Shown: positions 1 through 8,313 of the stretch, in pieces
Numbering within the stretch: position 1 is the stretch's first letter
How the letters are laid out: each line of letters opens with the position of its first letter
Source of the DNA: Planctomycetales bacterium
Lineage (GTDB): Bacteria > 4484-113
Length of the DNA stretch: 46,872 nucleotides
NCBI GenBank assembly: GCA_037445915.1
Contig: JBBIJQ010000008.1
Location: 1-46,872 of the forward strand
Direction of reading: 5' to 3'
Program-made: the position numbers and the translations under genes
The notes under the pieces: model-generated
Databases searched by the model: none
Told to the model about the DNA's origin: nothing
Seen by the model: only the letters and a program-made list of their open reading frames with translations

Positions 1-1288
1 CGTCAAGCTCGGAGAGCCGCGCGCCTTCAAGCCCGATGAGCTTCGGCTCATTCTTCATTTGCGCAATGAGGCCGCGCACGCGCGTTGCCTCTTCAGCGCT
101 ATGCAAAGCAATGTCTTCGCGGTGGAAGAACGGATGCCCGAAGCGGGCGGCCACTTCATCACGCAACTCGCAAAGCGCTGCGCCCTTCTCCGCGATCGCG
201 CAAAGCACGATTATCAGGGCAAGCAGTGCGTCGCGCTCAGGCAGGTGAAACCCAAAGCCAAAGCCCCCGCTTTCCTCGCCTGCCATAAGCGCGCCGGGCT
301 TAATAAGCTCGCGCGTGGAATGCTTGAAGCCGACCGGCACTTCGCAAAGCTCAAGCGAAAGCGCGGCGCAGATGCGGTCAATGAGCGAAGAAAAGCTCAC
401 CGACTTAATGACGCGCCCGCGCATCCCGCGCGCTTCCACGAGGTGCAGCAGGCATATCGCGAAGATGTCCTCGGGCGGCACGAATTGCCTGTTCTCGTCA
501 ATGAGCCCCAGCCGGTCGCCGTCGCCGTCAAACGCCGCGCCGAACGCGCCCGCGCCGTTATCGCCAACCCACTGCATAAGCGCGCCAAGCTGCTCCGGTA
601 TCGGCTCAGGCTTGCCCCCCGCGAAGTTGGGGTCGCGCGCTGTGTTCAGCGCTGTGAAGCCTACGCCCATCGCCTCAAGCGCCTGCAAATACAGGTGCGC
701 CGTAGCGCCGCGCACGAAGTCTATCCCCAGATTGAACTTCGCATATTCAAGCATCCCGCAGGCGTGCGCGCGCATCCCGTCTTCGTATTCGCGCCGCAGG
801 TCAAACGTCTCGTAATCGTTCACGCTGAACGCAAGCGTGTAGTCGTAGTTAGGCTTTGCATCCGCCGCGTATTTCTCAACTTCGCTGTTAAGCTCCGGCA
901 GCGCGCTTCCGCCCTCGGACCCCTTCAGCTTGAAGCCGAGATATCGCGCGGGGTTGTGGCTCGCCGTGAGCATGATCCCCAGCGGCGCGTTCATTCGCTT
1001 GACCGCAAAGCTCAAATACGGCGAAGGGCAAAACGACGCGGCAAGCAGCGGCGCGAAGCCCTCGGCCTTCAGCGCATGGTAAACGGCGCGCGCGTAATGC
1101 GGCGCAAGGAAGCGCGTGTCGTAGCCGATGGGGATGGATGCACCCGCAGGCGTCCCGTGCGCACGGAGATACTGCGCCACGCCTGCGGTTAGCCTGGCTA
1201 CCTGCTCCCAGCAAAACGTGTCGCCGATGACCCCGCGATATCCGTCGGAGCCGAAGCGTAGCGGCGCAGCATTTCCTTTAGGCGGCAT
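1..1288 (-). CDS. phosphoglucomutase/phosphomannomutase family protein (alpha-D-phosphohexomutase); C-terminal end runs off the window
   Basis: Absent from the ORF track because it has no stop inside the window. My reverse-strand translation from ATG (1288..1286) reads MPPKGNAAPLRFGSDGYRGVIGD... It contains the phosphoserine loop TASHNP, the Mg site DGDGDR and the sugar loop GEESGG, in one open frame to position 2. The 377-aa plus-strand ORF 59..1192 is its Arg-rich antisense shadow. Confidence 0.85.
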   Translation of the reverse strand, partial: MPPKGNAAPLRFGSDGYRGVIGDTFCWEQVARLTAGVAQYLRAHGTPAGASIPIGYDTRFLAPHYARAVYHALKAEGFAPLLAASFCPSPYLSFAVKRMNAPLGIMLTASHNPARYLGFKLKGSEGGSALPELNSEVEKYAADAKPNYDYTLAFSVNDYETFDLRREYEDGMRAHACGMLEYAKFNLGIDFVRGATAHLYLQALEAMGVGFTALNTARDPNFAGGKPEPIPEQLGALMQWVGDNGAGAFGAAFDGDGDRLGLIDENRQFVPPEDIFAICLLHLVEARGMRGRVIKSVSFSSLIDRICAALSLELCEVPVGFKHSTRELIKPGALMAGEESGGFGFGFHLPERDALLALIIVLCAIAEKGAALCELRDEVAARFGHPFFHREDIALHSAEEATRVRGLIAQMKNEPKLIGLEGARLSELD

Positions 1289-1308
1289 GCGCAGGTATTG
1301 CGTCTTCG

Positions 1309-1623
1309 CTAAAGGATGCTGTCAACGATGGCTTTGAGTGAGTCGTAATCGCGGAAGCCCACGAGGTTCTTCACCGACTCGCCCGCCTTGAAGAATATGA
1401 GCGTGGGGACGCCGGTTATGCCGAAGCGGCGCGCAAGCCCCGGGTCGTTGTCGGTGTTGACCTCATAGACCTCAAGCTTGCCCTTGTATTCGCCGGCGAT
1501 GCGCTCCACGATGGGGTGCAGCATCTTGCACGGCGGGCACCATGTCGCGCCGAAATCAACCAGCACCGGCAGGGCGCTTTTCTCAACAAGTTCCGCGAAA
1601 TCGCTTTCGTGAATCTCCTTCAT
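1309..1623 (-). CDS. trxA: thioredoxin (active site WCPPC instead of the canonical WCGPC)
   Basis: 104-aa product MKEIHESDFAELV...DFGATWCPPCKML...GVPTLIFFK has the thioredoxin fold signature. I prefer the internal ATG at 1623, preceded by GGAGG, over the track start at 1713. Confidence 0.9.
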   Translation of the reverse strand: MKEIHESDFAELVEKSALPVLVDFGATWCPPCKMLHPIVERIAGEYKGKLEVYEVNTDNDPGLARRFGITGVPTLIFFKAGESVKNLVGFRDYDSLKAIVDSIL

Positions 1624-1713
1624 CGGAGCCTCCAACGGGGTATTCCTGCAATCAATCAAGCAGCAGCTATTATACAACCACCGGGGGGCGGGGATTAACT
1701 TAGGTAGATACAC

Positions 1714-1978
1714 CCCCTTGTAGGCGGTGCTTTAGCTCCGCTCTGGATACTTTCGCAAACAACTAATAATAATGGGTACGCCGGGGCTTTACCCGCCTGC
1801 GGAGGGTCACCAGCCCGGCTCTGGTACTCTCCCCTTGTAGGCGGAACCAGCCGAAGGCTGGCTAGCTTTAGTGCCGCTCCGGGCTTGCGGGACTGAAGTC
1901 CCGCCTACAAGCGCTTAATTCAGTTCCTTACCCCTTATCCCTTACCCCTCGAAATCCCTCATATGCGACAATAGGCGT
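1714..1978. repeat. intergenic cluster of REP-like/BIME-like dispersed repeats and nested hairpins
   Basis: CCCCTTGTAGGCGG occurs at 1714-1727 and 1831-1844. Its inverted partner CCGCCTACAAG is at 1901-1911, giving a long hairpin at about 1834-1912 with inner hairpins CCAGCC-GAA-GGCTGG and GCGGGA-N6-TCCCGC. The 47-nt unit 1777-1823 recurs at 2406-2452 (roughly 85% identity by eye) and partly at 43076-43091. Confidence 0.75.
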
Positions 1979-2398
1979 ATGGCTGAAAAGCAGCGCATCA
2001 TGTTTTACTGCATAGGCAACGCATGCCGGTCGCCGTTGGCCGAAGCGATATGCCGCCACCTCGGCGGGGACGCGGTGGAAGTGCAAAGCGCGGGCGTCGT
2101 CCCCCTGGGGCGCGTGAGCGAAAACGTGTATCCTGCGCTCGCGGCGCTCGGTATCCCCTCGGATGGCCTGAGCTCCAAGCCCCTGAGCGCGGTCAGCATC
2201 AGCGCGGACACGCTCGTCATAAGCCTCGCCGGAAACTTCCCGGTCAAGCGCGTGCTCGGGCCGGAGCTTCACTTTGAATACGAGGATTGGGACATCGCCG
2301 ACCCCTACGGCGAAAGCGCGCTGTGTTACGAAGGCGTCGCGCGCACGCTCCTCGCGCGCATTGAAGACCTGCTCAAGCGCCGGGGGATAATCAGCTAA
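1979..2398 (+). CDS. low-molecular-weight protein-tyrosine phosphatase
   Basis: P-loop CIGNACRS (CX5R-S) at the N-terminus and the DPYG acid loop. It lacks the extra Cys pair of Trx-coupled ArsC. Confidence 0.85.
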   Translation: MAEKQRIMFYCIGNACRSPLAEAICRHLGGDAVEVQSAGVVPLGRVSENVYPALAALGIPSDGLSSKPLSAVSISADTLVISLAGNFPVKRVLGPELHFEYEDWDIADPYGESALCYEGVARTLLARIEDLLKRRGIIS

Positions 2399-2399
2399 T

Positions 2400-2600
2400 A
2401 AGCCTGTACGCCGGGCTTTTTACCCGCCTTCGGAGGGTAGCCCGGCTCCGGATTCTGGGTGGTGGCGCAGCCGTCTCGGCTATGCTGCTAAGGCACAAGC
2501 GGGACGCATGTGCTACTTTTCAGATTCCAGTTTCCAGACGGCGGCCCACAGGTGACCGCCCTACAGCAGAATCCAGAATACATACGCCGGGGATAATCGC
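2400..2600. repeat. second REP-like repeat cluster between convergent genes
   Basis: Holds the 47-nt unit (2406-2452), a REP unit (2465-2513), the hairpin GGCGG-N11-CCGCC (2541-2561) and scattered CCAGAATC/GATTCTGG words. Confidence 0.7.
2465..2513 (+). repeat. REP unit, copy 1: GC hairpin plus imperfect palindrome CACAAGCG-GGA-CGCATGTG
   Basis: GCGCAGCC-gtctc-GGCTATGC, then ..TAAGG.., then CACAAGCGGGACGCATGTGC (2494-2513). The same two-part unit is at 42387-42435 (inverted) and 43020-43070. Confidence 0.75.
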
Positions 2601-3287
2601 CTAGAACGGCAAGCGGCGTCGGATTTCGCCCTCTACGCGCTTCTTCGCCGCGTCCTTCCAGTAGTCATCGTCAAACATCTGCATTATGTCGGCAAGCACG
2701 CGCGTGTGCGTGAGAACCTGGGGCAGCACGCCGTATTCAAAGAGCAGCCGCGCGCCCGCAGTGAGGTGGAAGACTTCGCCGCCGGAACTAATCTCAACAT
2801 CACCCTCGTAGCCGTAGAAATTCACGACCGGCGGCTTGTCTTCCTCTGCGGCAGGAGTTATTTCAACTTCATAAACTGTCCCGCGCACTGTCGCGGTCGC
2901 AGTCGGCGTTTCCAGCTCAAATGTCGCGCCGGGTGACAGCGCTTCCTTCAAGTTGGCGATGAGCGAGCCTGCGGAAAGCGAGCTGGCGGTGCGGCCGCTG
3001 GGCGCAAGCTCCTTGAGCGTGAGCACGCTGTTTTCCTTAATCAGCACGAGCGTGTTGGGCGGGAACTTGAGCTGCGTCTTTCCTTCCTCGCCGACCTTGA
3101 GCACATCGCCCGCGAAGAGCTTCAGCCCTTGCTTCACGGCGATTACTTTCGTGCTCGGTGGGCGCGTAAGCGTAACCGGCCCTGCTGTGCGGATAACTTC
3201 GGCGTAGGGTGTGTCATCGGCGGCGGGCGCGGTGATGCTCAAGGCTGCGATTAGCAGCGGCGCAATGAGGACAATCAGGCTTCTCAT
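2601..3287 (-). CDS. secreted FecR-domain protein
   Basis: Signal peptide MRSLIVLIAPLLIAALSITAPAADD. The FecR-like core reads ...VTLTRPPS..AVKQGLKLFAGDVLKVGEEGKTQLKFPPNTLVLIKENSVL. The fold call is by pattern only. Confidence 0.6.
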   Translation of the reverse strand: MRSLIVLIAPLLIAALSITAPAADDTPYAEVIRTAGPVTLTRPPSTKVIAVKQGLKLFAGDVLKVGEEGKTQLKFPPNTLVLIKENSVLTLKELAPSGRTASSLSAGSLIANLKEALSPGATFELETPTATATVRGTVYEVEITPAAEEDKPPVVNFYGYEGDVEISSGGEVFHLTAGARLLFEYGVLPQVLTHTRVLADIMQMFDDDYWKDAAKKRVEGEIRRRLPF

Positions 3288-3321
3288 GGTGCGGCAATTA
3301 TACCGCCACGCGCCTTCGCCA

Positions 3322-3618
3322 CTACTTCTTGCTTTTACCCTTGCCCTTCTTTTCAGTTGCGGGCGCAGGCAGCGATGGTGCCTCGGGCAGCGAATCGGGA
3401 GTAGGCGGGCTCACCGGGTCGCAAGCCGGATTGGAGCTGCGGTTGTCGGTGACGTAAAAGCCGCCGCCGTGAAACACGACCTGCGGCGCGGATATCAGGC
3501 GCTTCGCGGGCGCGCCGCACTTTTCGCACTTATGCGTGCCGTTGCCGTTTGTGGAGTATGCGGATATCTCCTCAAACACGCAGCCGCATTTCGTGCACTT
3601 GTATTCGTAAATTGGCAT
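3322..3618 (-). CDS. FmdB-family zinc-ribbon protein (CxxC_CxxC_SSSS)
   Basis: MPIYEYKCTKCGCVFEE....HKCEKCGAPAKRLISAP is the family signature. The tail is low-complexity, Pro- and Lys-rich. Confidence 0.8.
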   Translation of the reverse strand: MPIYEYKCTKCGCVFEEISAYSTNGNGTHKCEKCGAPAKRLISAPQVVFHGGGFYVTDNRSSNPACDPVSPPTPDSLPEAPSLPAPATEKKGKGKSKK

Positions 3619-3648
3619 ATCTCAAATCCCTCATCGGGGCTGGTGATT

Positions 3649-4365
3649 CTACTCCCCGCCAGCCTTGAGCGCAACCGTAATGGCAATCTCGCCATTTTGC
3701 GCATCCAGCGTGACTTTGCTTCCCTTCGCAATTTCGCCGGTGATGAGCTTTTCCGACAGCGGGTTTGCTGCAAGGCGCTGCACTGCGCGGCGCAATGGGC
3801 GCGCGCCGAACGTGGTGCTGAAGCCCTCGGCGGCGATGATGTCCAGCGCCGCGTCGGTTATTTCAAGCGCTATGCCGCTTTCGGCGAGCCGCTCCTCAAG
3901 CTCCTCGAGCACAAGCCGCGCAATGCGCTTGACCTGCTCCTTGTTGAGCGAGTGGAAGACGACGACTTCGTCAATGCGGTTGAGGAATTCAGGCCGAAGC
4001 GTGCGCTTAAGCTCGTCAAAAACCGCGTCGTGCATCTTCGGGTAAAGCTGCTCCAGCTCCGCGTCCGTCTTGCCCTCGGACATCTCCGCAATTTCTGCGC
4101 TTGCTAGGTTGCTCGTCATAATGACGACGGTGTTGCGGAAGTTCACCGTAACGCCCTTGTTGTCGGTCAAGCGCCCTTCGTCAAGCACTTGCAGCAATAT
4201 GTTGAACACGTCTGGATGGGCTTTTTCAATTTCGTCCAGCAGCACGATGGAGAACGGCTGGCGGCGCACCTTCTCTGTTAGCTGCCCGCCCTCGTCATAG
4301 CCGACGTAGCCCGGCGGCGCGCCGATGAGCCGCGACACGCTGTGCTTCTCCATATACTCGCTCAT
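3649..4365 (-). CDS. Hsp100/Clp AAA+ chaperone, C-terminal fragment (NBD2 from the DMSEY motif onward); frameshifted gene
   Basis: [31 protein letters not shown]..., Walker [11 protein letters not shown], and sensor/C-terminal domain [15 protein letters not shown]. No VGF/IGF ClpP-docking tripeptide was seen. Confidence 0.85.
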   Translation of the reverse strand: MSEYMEKHSVSRLIGAPPGYVGYDEGGQLTEKVRRQPFSIVLLDEIEKAHPDVFNILLQVLDEGRLTDNKGVTVNFRNTVVIMTSNLASAEIAEMSEGKTDAELEQLYPKMHDAVFDELKRTLRPEFLNRIDEVVVFHSLNKEQVKRIARLVLEELEERLAESGIALEITDAALDIIAAEGFSTTFGARPLRRAVQRLAANPLSEKLITGEIAKGSKVTLDAQNGEIAITVALKAGGE

Positions 4366-6077
4366 GTCATGCTGTCGCGGCTGCCGAATAGGAAATCCGC
4401 GAGGACTTTCACCAGCTCGGTCTTGCCCACGCCGGGCGGCCCGAGGAAGATAAAGCTCCCCGACGGGCGGTTGGGGTCGCTTAAGCCGCTCTTGGCGCGG
4501 CGTATGACTTCGGACACCGCGCGCACCGCCTGTTCCTGGCCGATGATGCGCTTGCCCAATTCGTTTTCCATATGCAGCAAGCGGACAGCTTCAGCCTCGG
4601 TAAGGCGCGTAACTGGCACGCCGCTCCATTCGGAAACGATTTGCGTAACGTCTTCGGCGGTGACCTCAACATTCACGCCTGTTTCCTGCATGCGCCCGCG
4701 CTCAGCGTCCATCTCTTTTTCCAGCGCGATGTATTGCTGCTTGAGGTTAGCCGCAAGCTCGTAATCCTGCGCATCCGATGCTTTCGCCTGCAATGCCGTG
4801 TTGACGTCAAGCTGCTGCTGCAATTCGGTAAGGCGCGATGTTGCGGCAAGCGCTCGCAGGCGGCTTCTTGCCGATGCTTCATCAATTACGTCAATCGCCT
4901 TGTCGGGTAAAAAGCGACCAGTGATGTATCGCACTGAAAGCGACACCGCAGCTTCAATGGCCTCGTCGGTAATGGAAAGCTTGTGGTGCTCCTCGTATTT
5001 CGGGCGAAGGCCTTTAAGAATCTCCACCGTGTCGGCGGGCGACGGCTCTTCCACCATCACCGGCTGGAAACGCCGCTCCAGCGCTGGGTCCTTTTCAATA
5101 TGCTTGCGGTATTCGGAAACAGTCGTTGCGCCGATGGCCTGCAAGTCGCCGCGCGAGAGCGCAGGCTTGAGGATGTTGCTGGCGTCCATAGCGCCTTCGG
5201 CCGCTCCCGCGCCGATAATAGTGTGCATCTCGTCAATGAAGAGAATCACGTTGCGCTTGCTTTTCTCTATCTCGTCAATGACCGCTTTCAGGCGGTCTTC
5301 AAACTCGCCGCGAAACTTCGTCCCTGCAATTAGCCGCCCCATGTCCAGCGACAGCACGCGCTTGTCCAGCAGCGGCTCCGGCACGCGCTTTTGCGCGATG
5401 CGCAACGCAAGCCCTTCCACTATCGCCGTCTTGCCCACGCCTGGATCGCCGATTAGCACCGGGTTGTTCTTCTGCCGCCGCGACAGTATCTCCACTACGC
5501 GATTTGTTTCCTTCTCTCGGCCGATGACGGGGTCAATTTTTCCCTGCCGCGCCTTTTCGGTAAGGTCAACCGTGAAGCGCTTCAGCGACTGGTAGGTTTC
5601 CTCCGCGCTCGCGGAATCCACGCGCCGGTGTCCCCGTATCTCTTTGAGCGCCGTGAGCGCTTTGTCTTTCGTCAGCCCTGCAGCTGTTAGAATGCGGTAT
5701 CCTGCGCCCTCTCGCAATTCAAAGAACGCAAGCAACAGGTGCTCTGCGCCGATGAACTCGTCGCCCATCTGCTTGGCTTCGTCCCACGCCAGGTCAAAAA
5801 GCTTCGCGGCCAGCGGTGTTAGGTAAATCTGCCCGATGCCCGCCTGCACTTCAACATGCGGCTGTGCCAGCACTGCGCGCTTGCAGCTCTCAAGCGCCTT
5901 TTGCTGGTTTACTCCGGCCGCGCCGAGCACTTCCATCCCCAGCGAGCTTTCCACCTTGAGCAGCCCGTATAGGATATGCTCACTGTCAAGCTGCACCTGC
6001 TTTGCTTCAAGCAACACATCCTGCGCCGCCTGCAACGCCTCTTTCGCGTGGTCGGTGAATTTCTCAAAGGGTATCAT
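4362..6077 (-). CDS. Hsp100/Clp AAA+ chaperone, N-terminal fragment (N-domain, NBD1, short ClpC-length M-domain, Walker A of NBD2); frameshifted gene
   Basis: Clp_N repeats, NBD1 Walker [16 protein letters not shown], Walker B ILFIDEMH, a roughly 65-aa coiled-coil with a UVR-like [11 protein letters not shown], and NBD2 Walker [26 protein letters not shown] followed by a premature stop. Confidence 0.9.
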   Translation of the reverse strand: MIPFEKFTDHAKEALQAAQDVLLEAKQVQLDSEHILYGLLKVESSLGMEVLGAAGVNQQKALESCKRAVLAQPHVEVQAGIGQIYLTPLAAKLFDLAWDEAKQMGDEFIGAEHLLLAFFELREGAGYRILTAAGLTKDKALTALKEIRGHRRVDSASAEETYQSLKRFTVDLTEKARQGKIDPVIGREKETNRVVEILSRRQKNNPVLIGDPGVGKTAIVEGLALRIAQKRVPEPLLDKRVLSLDMGRLIAGTKFRGEFEDRLKAVIDEIEKSKRNVILFIDEMHTIIGAGAAEGAMDASNILKPALSRGDLQAIGATTVSEYRKHIEKDPALERRFQPVMVEEPSPADTVEILKGLRPKYEEHHKLSITDEAIEAAVSLSVRYITGRFLPDKAIDVIDEASARSRLRALAATSRLTELQQQLDVNTALQAKASDAQDYELAANLKQQYIALEKEMDAERGRMQETGVNVEVTAEDVTQIVSEWSGVPVTRLTEAEAVRLLHMENELGKRIIGQEQAVRAVSEVIRRAKSGLSDPNRPSGSFIFLGPPGVGKTELVKVLADFLFGSRDSMT

Positions 6078-6520
6078 TCTTTTCCGCTCCGCCCGTCGCC
6101 CATAATCGCACGCAGCAAGTTAATCGGGACAAGCCCTTCGCCTGCGCGCTTGAACGGGACAATCGCTTCGGTCTCGCCTTGCATCATTGCGCGGATGCGC
6201 CCCCGCATGGGCTCTTCAAGCTCGTCAAACACGGCGTCCATCATCTTTTGCATCTCTCTTAACTCGTAGCGCATGCGAAGCACAATCTCCACGCCTGCGA
6301 GGTTTAACCCTAGGTCGCGCGTGAGCGTGAGGATGACGCGCAAGCGCTCCACGTCCTCCAGCGAATACATCCGCGTCCCGCCTTCGCTGCGGCGCGGAGT
6401 GATTAATCCTTCGTCTTCATATTTACGAAGGGTCTGCTGGTGAATCTCCAACAGCTGCGACACTGCTCCGATGGTTAGCAGCGGCTCGCGTCCGTTGCGT
6501 TTGTCTTTCTTGCTTTCCAT
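6074..6520 (-). CDS. hspR: MerR-family heat-shock repressor HspR
   Basis: MerR HTH LLTIGAVSQLLEIHQQTLRKYEDEGLITPRR..GGTRMYSLEDVERLR. The position directly after dnaJ matches the dnaK-grpE-dnaJ-hspR arrangement. Confidence 0.85.
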   Translation of the reverse strand: MESKKDKRNGREPLLTIGAVSQLLEIHQQTLRKYEDEGLITPRRSEGGTRMYSLEDVERLRVILTLTRDLGLNLAGVEIVLRMRYELREMQKMMDAVFDELEEPMRGRIRAMMQGETEAIVPFKRAGEGLVPINLLRAIMGDGRSGKE

Positions 6521-6522
6521 CT

Positions 6523-7656
6523 CTAGTATCCGAATAACTTCCGGCGCGGGTTGCCGGGGTTTTCCTCAGCAAACTCCCGTAAAAGCTCGCGGGCTTTAAC
6601 GCTAGTGTCTTTCGGCGCGACTATGACCGTTCGCACGATGAGGTCGCCTTTATCGCCGCCGGTCAGCCTGAAAAATCCCTTGCCGCGCAATCTGAATTCC
6701 TTGCCCGAATCAGTCCCCGGCGGGATGGTCAGCCGCACCCGCTTATCCAGCGTTGGAACGTCAATCTCCGCGCCAAGCACCGCCTCAGTAATGGTGATAG
6801 GGACTTCAAGCGTGACATTCGCGTCGTCTCGCTTGAAGTATGGGTGTGGCCGCACGGTGATCTCAAGCAGTATGTCGCCATAGGGGCCCTTGTTAGTCCC
6901 GGGTTGCCCTTTGCCGGGCACACGCACCTTTGAGCCGGTGTCCACGCCGGGAGGGATGCGCACCTCAATTTTCTCGTGTTTCGGGATTACGCCTGAGCCC
7001 CGGCAGCGCATGCAGTTCGCCGTTGACACGCGCCCCTTGCCGCCGCACTGCAAACAGACGGCGCTCTGGATTCGCTGAAACATTGTCTGCTTCGCCTTGC
7101 CACTCCCGCCGCATGTCGGGCAAGCCGCGGTCTCGGCGCTGGGTTCCAGGCCTGTCCCTTCGCACCGGTCGCAATACACATCGCGTGTAAGCTCCATGGT
7201 CATGCTCGTTCCGTGCGCGGCGTCTAGAAAGTCAATCGTTACCGCTTGGCGTATGTCACCGCCTCGCCGGGGCCTAGTGTCCTGGCGTTGGCCGCGCATT
7301 CCTCCGCCGAAAAGGTCGCCGAAGATGTCAAAACCGCCGCCCCCGAAATTTACGCGCCCGCCACGGCTGGTGAACTGGCGCACGAACTCTTCCCATTCAA
7401 CGCCAGGGCCGCCGGTTGGGCCGGCGCTTGAGAAATAGCCTTCGCCGTAAGCATCATATTCAGCGCGCTTATCTTTGTCTGAGAGCACAGAATATGCGGC
7501 CTGAAGCTCTTTGAATTTCTGCTCCGCCTCTGCGTTGCCGGGGTTGACGTCCGGGTGGTATTTGCGCGCGAGCTTGCGGTAAGCTGTCTTCAGCTCTTTG
7601 TCGGACGCGCTGCGCTGGACACCCAGCACCTCATACAGGTCTTTCGCAGCCTGCAC
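6523..7656 (-). CDS. dnaJ: co-chaperone DnaJ
   Basis: J-domain DLYEVLGV...[15 protein letters not shown], a G/F region and four CxxCxGxG zinc-finger repeats. GTG start overlaps the grpE stop. Confidence 0.95.
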   Translation of the reverse strand: MQAAKDLYEVLGVQRSASDKELKTAYRKLARKYHPDVNPGNAEAEQKFKELQAAYSVLSDKDKRAEYDAYGEGYFSSAGPTGGPGVEWEEFVRQFTSRGGRVNFGGGGFDIFGDLFGGGMRGQRQDTRPRRGGDIRQAVTIDFLDAAHGTSMTMELTRDVYCDRCEGTGLEPSAETAACPTCGGSGKAKQTMFQRIQSAVCLQCGGKGRVSTANCMRCRGSGVIPKHEKIEVRIPPGVDTGSKVRVPGKGQPGTNKGPYGDILLEITVRPHPYFKRDDANVTLEVPITITEAVLGAEIDVPTLDKRVRLTIPPGTDSGKEFRLRGKGFFRLTGGDKGDLIVRTVIVAPKDTSVKARELLREFAEENPGNPRRKLFGY

Positions 7657-7922
7657 TACTCACCGGCCTCCTGACCGGCGGAAATCTCGTCTGCGTTCCC
7701 GATAGGGACTAGCACTTTAACCATCGCCGGCTTCACGACACGGTCCCCTACAAGGATGCCCTGTTGGTAAACTTCGCTGACGAATGGCTCTTCCACGTCC
7801 GCCGATTCTTCTGTCATCAGGGGCATGTGAAGATTCGGGTCAAACGGAACATGTGGCGTGTTTATAGGCTCGGCGCCGTGGCTTGCAAGGACTTTATAGA
7901 GAAGGGCTTTTGTCTTGTGCAT
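7656..7922 (-). CDS. grpE: nucleotide-exchange factor GrpE, C-terminal fragment (beta-domain); frameshifted gene
   Basis: ...[22 protein letters not shown]....[23 protein letters not shown] matches the GrpE C-terminal signature (G.xFDPxxH ... RPAxV.V). Confidence 0.8.
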   Translation of the reverse strand: MHKTKALLYKVLASHGAEPINTPHVPFDPNLHMPLMTEESADVEEPFVSEVYQQGILVGDRVVKPAMVKVLVPIGNADEISAGQEAGE

Positions 7923-7927
7923 GCCGT

Positions 7928-8254
7928 CTAAGAGCGGATTCTCCCCTTCTTTAACATCCTTGTAGATTTGGACCGCTTGTAATCTTGGCCTTCCTTTTCC
8001 AATCGCTTGCGGAAGTTGATAAGCTCAGCGCGCGTGCGCTGGGCGATATCAAGGTATTCAGCTGCAAGCTGGCGCGCTGCCTCCAAGTCGCTGGCCATTG
8101 ACGCTTGCGGCAGCTCCTCACCCAGCACATAGACGTTTGGCTGCGTATCATCATCGTCCACATAGTCGCGCGGGTCGCTGCTAACAAGCGGTTCGTCTTC
8201 GCCGACGAGCATTTCCCCGCCGGCCTCTTCTTCAATGTTGTTGTTTTTGTTCAT
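7928..8254 (-). CDS. grpE: nucleotide-exchange factor GrpE, N-terminal fragment (long helix); frameshifted gene
   Basis: Acidic N-terminus, then ...AAEYLDIAQRTRAELINFRKRLEKE (the GrpE (F/Y)RKR motif), then an out-of-frame tail ending in a stop at 7928. I prefer the ATG at 8254 (MNKNNNIEEE) over the track start at 8302. Confidence 0.75.
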   Translation of the reverse strand: MNKNNNIEEEAGGEMLVGEDEPLVSSDPRDYVDDDDTQPNVYVLGEELPQASMASDLEAARQLAAEYLDIAQRTRAELINFRKRLEKEGQDYKRSKSTRMLKKGRIRS

Positions 8255-8313
8255 GATGTTTGGTTGCCCCGGGGACGGGACAGCCCCGTCCCCGTAACGC
8301 ATGCCACTTGATG

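Noticed and set aside
59-1192. 377-aa plus-strand ORF, the longest track ORF at the left edge
   Set aside because: It is extremely Arg/Ala-rich with no recognisable motifs. It lies exactly antisense to a motif-perfect phosphohexomutase frame (TASHNP, DGDGDR, GEESGG). This is a high-GC antisense shadow ORF.
3211-4107. 298-aa plus-strand ORF overlapping the fecR-like, fmdB and clp genes
   Set aside because: It spans three well-supported minus-strand genes and their intergenic gaps. It has low-complexity Arg/Ala composition and no RBS.
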